Shown piece after piece: positions 49,851 through 54,497 of a stretch of DNA of 54,497 nt. The DNA comes from Girardia tigrina (lineage: Eukaryota): the NCBI GenBank assembly GCA_001938485.1, contig MQRK01241256.1:1-54497 (forward strand), written 5' to 3'. The notes below the pieces were generated by a model. It saw only the letters and a list, made by a program, of their open reading frames with translations, ran no database searches and was not told the origin of the DNA. Numbering within the stretch: position 1 is the stretch's first letter; the number at the start of each line of letters is the position of its first letter. A program made the position numbers and the translations under genes.

Positions 49851-51055
49851 ACAATCAAATTCAAATCGAGTTCAGTAATATTGGAGTTCAATATTACTGA
49901 ATGTGGTGAGGAATGACATCACCACAGTAAAATTTTAACAATCACAATTCATATCGAGATTTCATACTTTATCGTGTCGAAAAAAAATTATAACTTGTGG
50001 CAAAATTAATTTTTCTCGAGCCAGTAACTCACTCTGATTGGCTAGCCAATTAAAGTTAAAAAATTCATTTATTTTAATTAAAATTTAAATTTCTTATTTT
50101 TTTATTTATTTAAATTTTTTTATATAATCTATTTTCTTTTTTCATTTAATTATTTAACTTAATCTTTATTTTAATTATATCATTATTTATATTTTACATA
50201 TCAAATAATAAAGCATAAAGTAAATCAAGGCAAGCGAATCAATAAAAGGTATAAAATAATCAGAGATTGTCATCCAAATAAATTGTTCGATTATAATGCG
50301 GATTTTAATTTGTCTTGAGATGAGGATTGATAAGGATTATAAATAATAATACAAATATAATAATTATTTGAATTTAAATTCCAAACACACATTTAGATTA
50401 AAATTTCTATGAAAATGCAAGTCGTTGGCGGTGTTGCGGAAATAATTTAGTCTTCGTATTTATTAAATTAATCAAAGTCAGAGCCGAAGACAGATTCGCA
50501 AGGGGTAAATTTCTTTCTTAGCTATGTCACTGATTGAGATATAAATATCCCAATTTCTAAGCAATCGAAATCACTATCAAAATGTTTAAAAACTAAAATA
50601 AGAGTTGTTAAACATAAATAAATAATATCAAATTAATAAATGATAAGCTCATTGAATATTTAGAAATCAATCTACGTGAAAATTTTTGAGAAAGAATTGC
50701 AGAGATTATTCAGATTGTTTTAAAGAATTAAAATGGTGTGATTTGGTTGCTGATCAAGAAATCTTTAAACTAAGAAGACCGAATCAAAATTGGTCCAGAA
50801 TCTTCTGAGTTGTCATAATCATGTTGCTTTGAATCCTTGGATATTTCAAAAGGATATCTTCTAGCATGTTATTGAGCTTTGTCATTGATATCCAGACGTT
50901 ACAATGATGAAGAACAATTCATATTTTCAATTTTTTATTAAATGATTCTAAAAAGTTATTTGTCAAAAATTGAACCAGTTTATCATTGAAGTATTTAAAA
51001 ACGAAGTACTCTCGAAATAAGCAAGATGTCGTTCTATCTTTGCTTGTTTTTATGT

Positions 51056-51696
51056 ATAGGGTTGCCTCATAAGTTTTGTCGCACACATATATCTATGTTA
51101 ACTGCAGATATCCGTGCATCACATAAATAATTCTTATATATTTTCAATCAATGTAAATTAGATAAAATAGCATTTGCGATCTACTTATGTCCAATAATTT
51201 TTATTTTCTGTTCTAAATGCATTTTTTTAATAAAATAATAACATTTTCGTAAATTTCGCACATTTTGATTATCCTAATGAAATATAATCGCTCTGATATT
51301 CGTAAATTAATTTACTATTGCTGGAAAAGGAATTTAATACCTTCACATATGACTGACAAAATTAACACGGCCCTTGGAGTTGGAACAGTCTCAAAGAGAA
51401 CATATGAAAGGTGGATTTCCGATTTTCGTGAAAACAACTTTAACACAGACGATCAAGTCCGCTAAGGGCGGTCCTCTCTTGACATAGACGAGAAGATAAT
51501 CGAGTTTCTGACTGAAGACAAGCGTGCAACAACGAGGAACATTGCAGAGGGAATTGATCAGAATAAAACCATGGTGTGCCAGCACTTGAATGCAATGGGA
51601 TACCGATAGCCTTCCGAAAGCGCAAATAGCAACTCTAACAAAAAATGTCTTAAAAGTCATTTTTTTAAAGGCTAAATTATTGCCGCACACCCCATA
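51056..51696 (+). mobile_element. Internally deleted mariner-like element
   Basis: IRKLIYYCWKR...TVSKRTYERWISDFR...R*GRS...RATTRNIA HTH domains; weakly matching ends. Confidence 0.75.
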
Positions 51697-51740
51697 ATTT
51701 TGTATTTGTACGTTTGGCGGTTAATAAGTCATTAGATTAG

Positions 51741-51942
51741 ACAAGAAAAGAAAACGGTCACGAAACGCAATGTTTATTTCAGAATCACAATGCAACAGAA
51801 ATCGATTTCTCAACATACGAGGCTTGTTGTCAACGGGCTGACGTGCAAAGAGTAACAAGGCTCATATGTTGAGAAATTGATTTCTGCTGCATTGTGATTC
51901 TGAAATAAACATTGCATTTCCTTGCTGTTTTCTTTACTTGTG
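51741..51942. mobile_element. Palindromic MITE-like hairpin
   Basis: ~65-85 bp near-perfect inverted arms (GCAATGTTTATTTCAGAATCACAATGCA...) around a ~24-nt loop. Confidence 0.75.
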
Positions 51943-52049
51943 TTCGTCTACTTTTAAATGAAACTGATCCTTAAGCAAGAAATTCGGAAAGAGTAGCAAT
52001 ACATGTTTGTCTAGCAATGAATAGTGACTTAAAATGCATTATCTAATAA

Positions 52050-52788
52050 ATCAACCCCTGAATACCCTAATGGCCATTGTCACTCTTTTGGATCCACGAT
52101 TCAAAAGTCTTTAATTTTTTGAGGAAAAACAAAAAAATAAACAATAACTTTCGAAACATTTTAATTCAACAAAAGAATCCAGAATTAATACATAAAATAA
52201 ATGTAAGTGATAATTCTGAAGAATATGATGTCTCAATTAAGTTTAAGAAACTCCTACCCCTGAATAAGTTGATATCAAAACTAGCTGGAAAAACAAATGC
52301 CACAAATATTTCAGAAGCTGTAATTTGTGAATCTCTAAACCAACTGAAGAATTACCTTATGGAGCAACTGAATCGAAATTTGAAACATACAAACTTATAG
52401 AGGCGCGAAGATGCTAATAGTTTCCCAATTATTGCATCTTATGCAAAAAATATTTATCTATATCCGCAACCAGTGTTCCTTTCAATTACAGACAATATCT
52501 TAACAGCGCAACGAAATTGTTTAAAACCAAATATTGTCGAATCGTACACATTTTAAAACCGTAATTTGTAATCAAATTGTATTTGTTACCTTATGTATAC
52601 CTGTAGGATTATTATTATTGTATTTGTATAATTAGTAAGTAACTTAAAATTTAATGTACAGTGTTTCTGAAAAATAATAGTAGAATTAAATAGTAATCAA
52701 TATTTTGATACAAATAACAGTTTTTCGTTAAAAAAATAATTTCCACCAGTGCATCGGTTCTCAAAAATCAAGGTATCGTCTAGTCCTA
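52050..52788 (+). mobile_element. hAT (Ac-like) 3' remnant
   Basis: LLDPRFK, FPIIASYAK..LSISATSVP; terminus reverse complement TAGGACTAGACGATACC. Confidence 0.8.
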
Positions 52789-53725
52789 GTTTTTAATATT
52801 AAAAACAATATTATTAATTAAGACTTTTAAACGGTTAAAAATCATATACCAAACAATACATTCAACTCTGCAGCATATTCCCTCCAATACGGAATTCCAG
52901 TGATTATTATTAATATATACTTTGGTTAAAATAGTTAAGTTAAATTGTTAAAATATGATTCATACTAATGCCATATGAAATATTTTCCAAAACTTCAATG
53001 CAATTTACAATTTTATTTTTATAGTATTAGTATGTCTCATATTTTACTTCCAAAAAGGTAATTTATATTTGTAGAAAAGAAGCTCTACATGTGAGTCGAA
53101 TGCAACTAGTTAAGAATATATGTTTAAACTACCTAACAAATATAATTAAACAAACGAGCAATTCACAACAACAGTTCAATATCCATTTTCGACAATAATA
53201 TTTGACTAATATTATCTTCTGCTGTCGCAGGATGCAATATTATGCGTAGCTTAAATCAACTCAAGATGAAAGTAGTAAATTTAAGGATAACTTTATTATT
53301 AATATCTCTAAATATGGCTCATTTTAGAGACCAACTCGAACTGACAATATCATAAAACAATATCTAAACTAAAAGTTAAATGCATAAAAGCCTTTAAGAC
53401 AAGCTATATACCATTAAAAATTCTTACAACAAAATTCAGGAGCACATACTACATTTGTGTTATCTAAAAAAATTGTAATCTTTGAAATCATATATTGGTT
53501 ATGTGGAAAATAAATTTTCCTAAATTATGCGTTTAATATGCATATATAAACTGTAATGATCAAAAAATTAAATTATGTTAATATTTATAAATATATTTAT
53601 ATATTAAAATCCCATACTATTATTTGTAATAAAAAAACCAATACTTCACAAAATTTCGAGGCTGAGAGTGACAGTTACAAAGATTAATCAATTTTAATTG
53701 TTTTAACGCATCATTTTTTTGTTAA

Positions 53726-54497
53726 CACTAGGTTTACTGGACGCGTCATTTTGACGCATTTCGATTTTTTTTAGTAAAATTACAGAAAACCTTCTCATTT
53801 TTATTTTATCTCTTGTGCTGACTTTTATCAGTTTAACGTGGAAAATATATATTGAAGCCTATTTTCTTCAAAAGTTTTGAAATATTGAAATTCTCTATGT
53901 GATATACCTATCTCTACGGATGTGCGTCAATTTGACGCCATCGTAATGTAAATGTAAAAAGTTCGAATCTCAATCGTTCCGCATTTTTTTTTGCCGAGAC
54001 ACGAGAATTCCAATAGCTTGATCCCGTTATCTCAAAATAAATAAGTCCGATAAGTAACAGTTACGTAGAGTGTGAACTGTCAGTGTGCAAAGACATGAAA
54101 ATGAAATGATTCAAAACAAGGATGAAATTCAGAATTTGGAATCTGATGAAAGTATGCAAGCGGGCAAATCCTCAGACAGTGAAAAAGAAAATCAACAGAA
54201 TTTAGGTCTTCGCAGAAAAAGGATGCGTATCCTATCCGATTCTGAGTCTGAGAATGAGACAAATATTCCAATATTGTGCCAAAATTCGGATGCATTCTGT
54301 AAAACAGAAATAGCGGTCGATGGAACAATTTGGACAAAGTTGAAAGTGGGCGGTTCAAGTGGTCGATCACCTGTCCACAAAATCTTCAAAGACATCGCTG
54401 GGCCTACTGGCTACGCTAAACAGAATGTGATGGAAGGTAACGTAAGCAGTGCCTTTCATTTGATTATAACCAAAAACATGATAGAACATATAAAATT
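53726..54497 (+). mobile_element. piggyBac left end and transposase N-terminus (open from ATG 54106 to the window edge)
   Basis: TTAA|CACTAGGTTTACTG; acidic N-terminus, DGTIW, GPTGYAK...SAFHLII..MIEHI. Confidence 0.88.

Noticed and set aside
52830-53460. Candidate upstream nphp1 exons
   Set aside because: Short AG/GT-bounded segments exist, but none translated into recognisable NPHP1 sequence.

Overview
AT-rich metazoan genomic DNA. The 44-47 nt GT-AG introns, an R5/NeSL-type retroelement and abundant mariners suggest a freshwater planarian, but that is inference. The window is mostly a dense, nested transposon landscape around three spliced host-type genes that I reconstructed by hand and that the ORF track shows only in pieces. 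(1) A BRD7/BRD9 orthologue (+, ~18392-27712) whose bromodomain is split by a 7.7 kb TE-filled intron and has lost its acetyl-lysine-binding residues. (2) The 3' half of nephrocystin-1/NPHP1 (-, five exons, 35408-46276). (3) A two-exon basonuclin/disconnected-type C2H2 finger pair (+, 13098-13523). Mobile elements include several mariner subfamilies, Tc1 DD34E, an IS630-like DD34E, a long-TIR rosa-like element with DD46D spacing, Merlin, hAT, MULE, Ginger2/TDD, piggyBac, Ty3/gypsy pol remnants with many solo LTRs, RTE, NeSL/R5, and a Penelope-type hammerhead. All three N-gaps lie inside young mariner copies. I found no rRNA, tRNA or CRISPR. All family assignments come from motif recognition by eye; no searches were run, and the boundaries of degraded elements are approximate.
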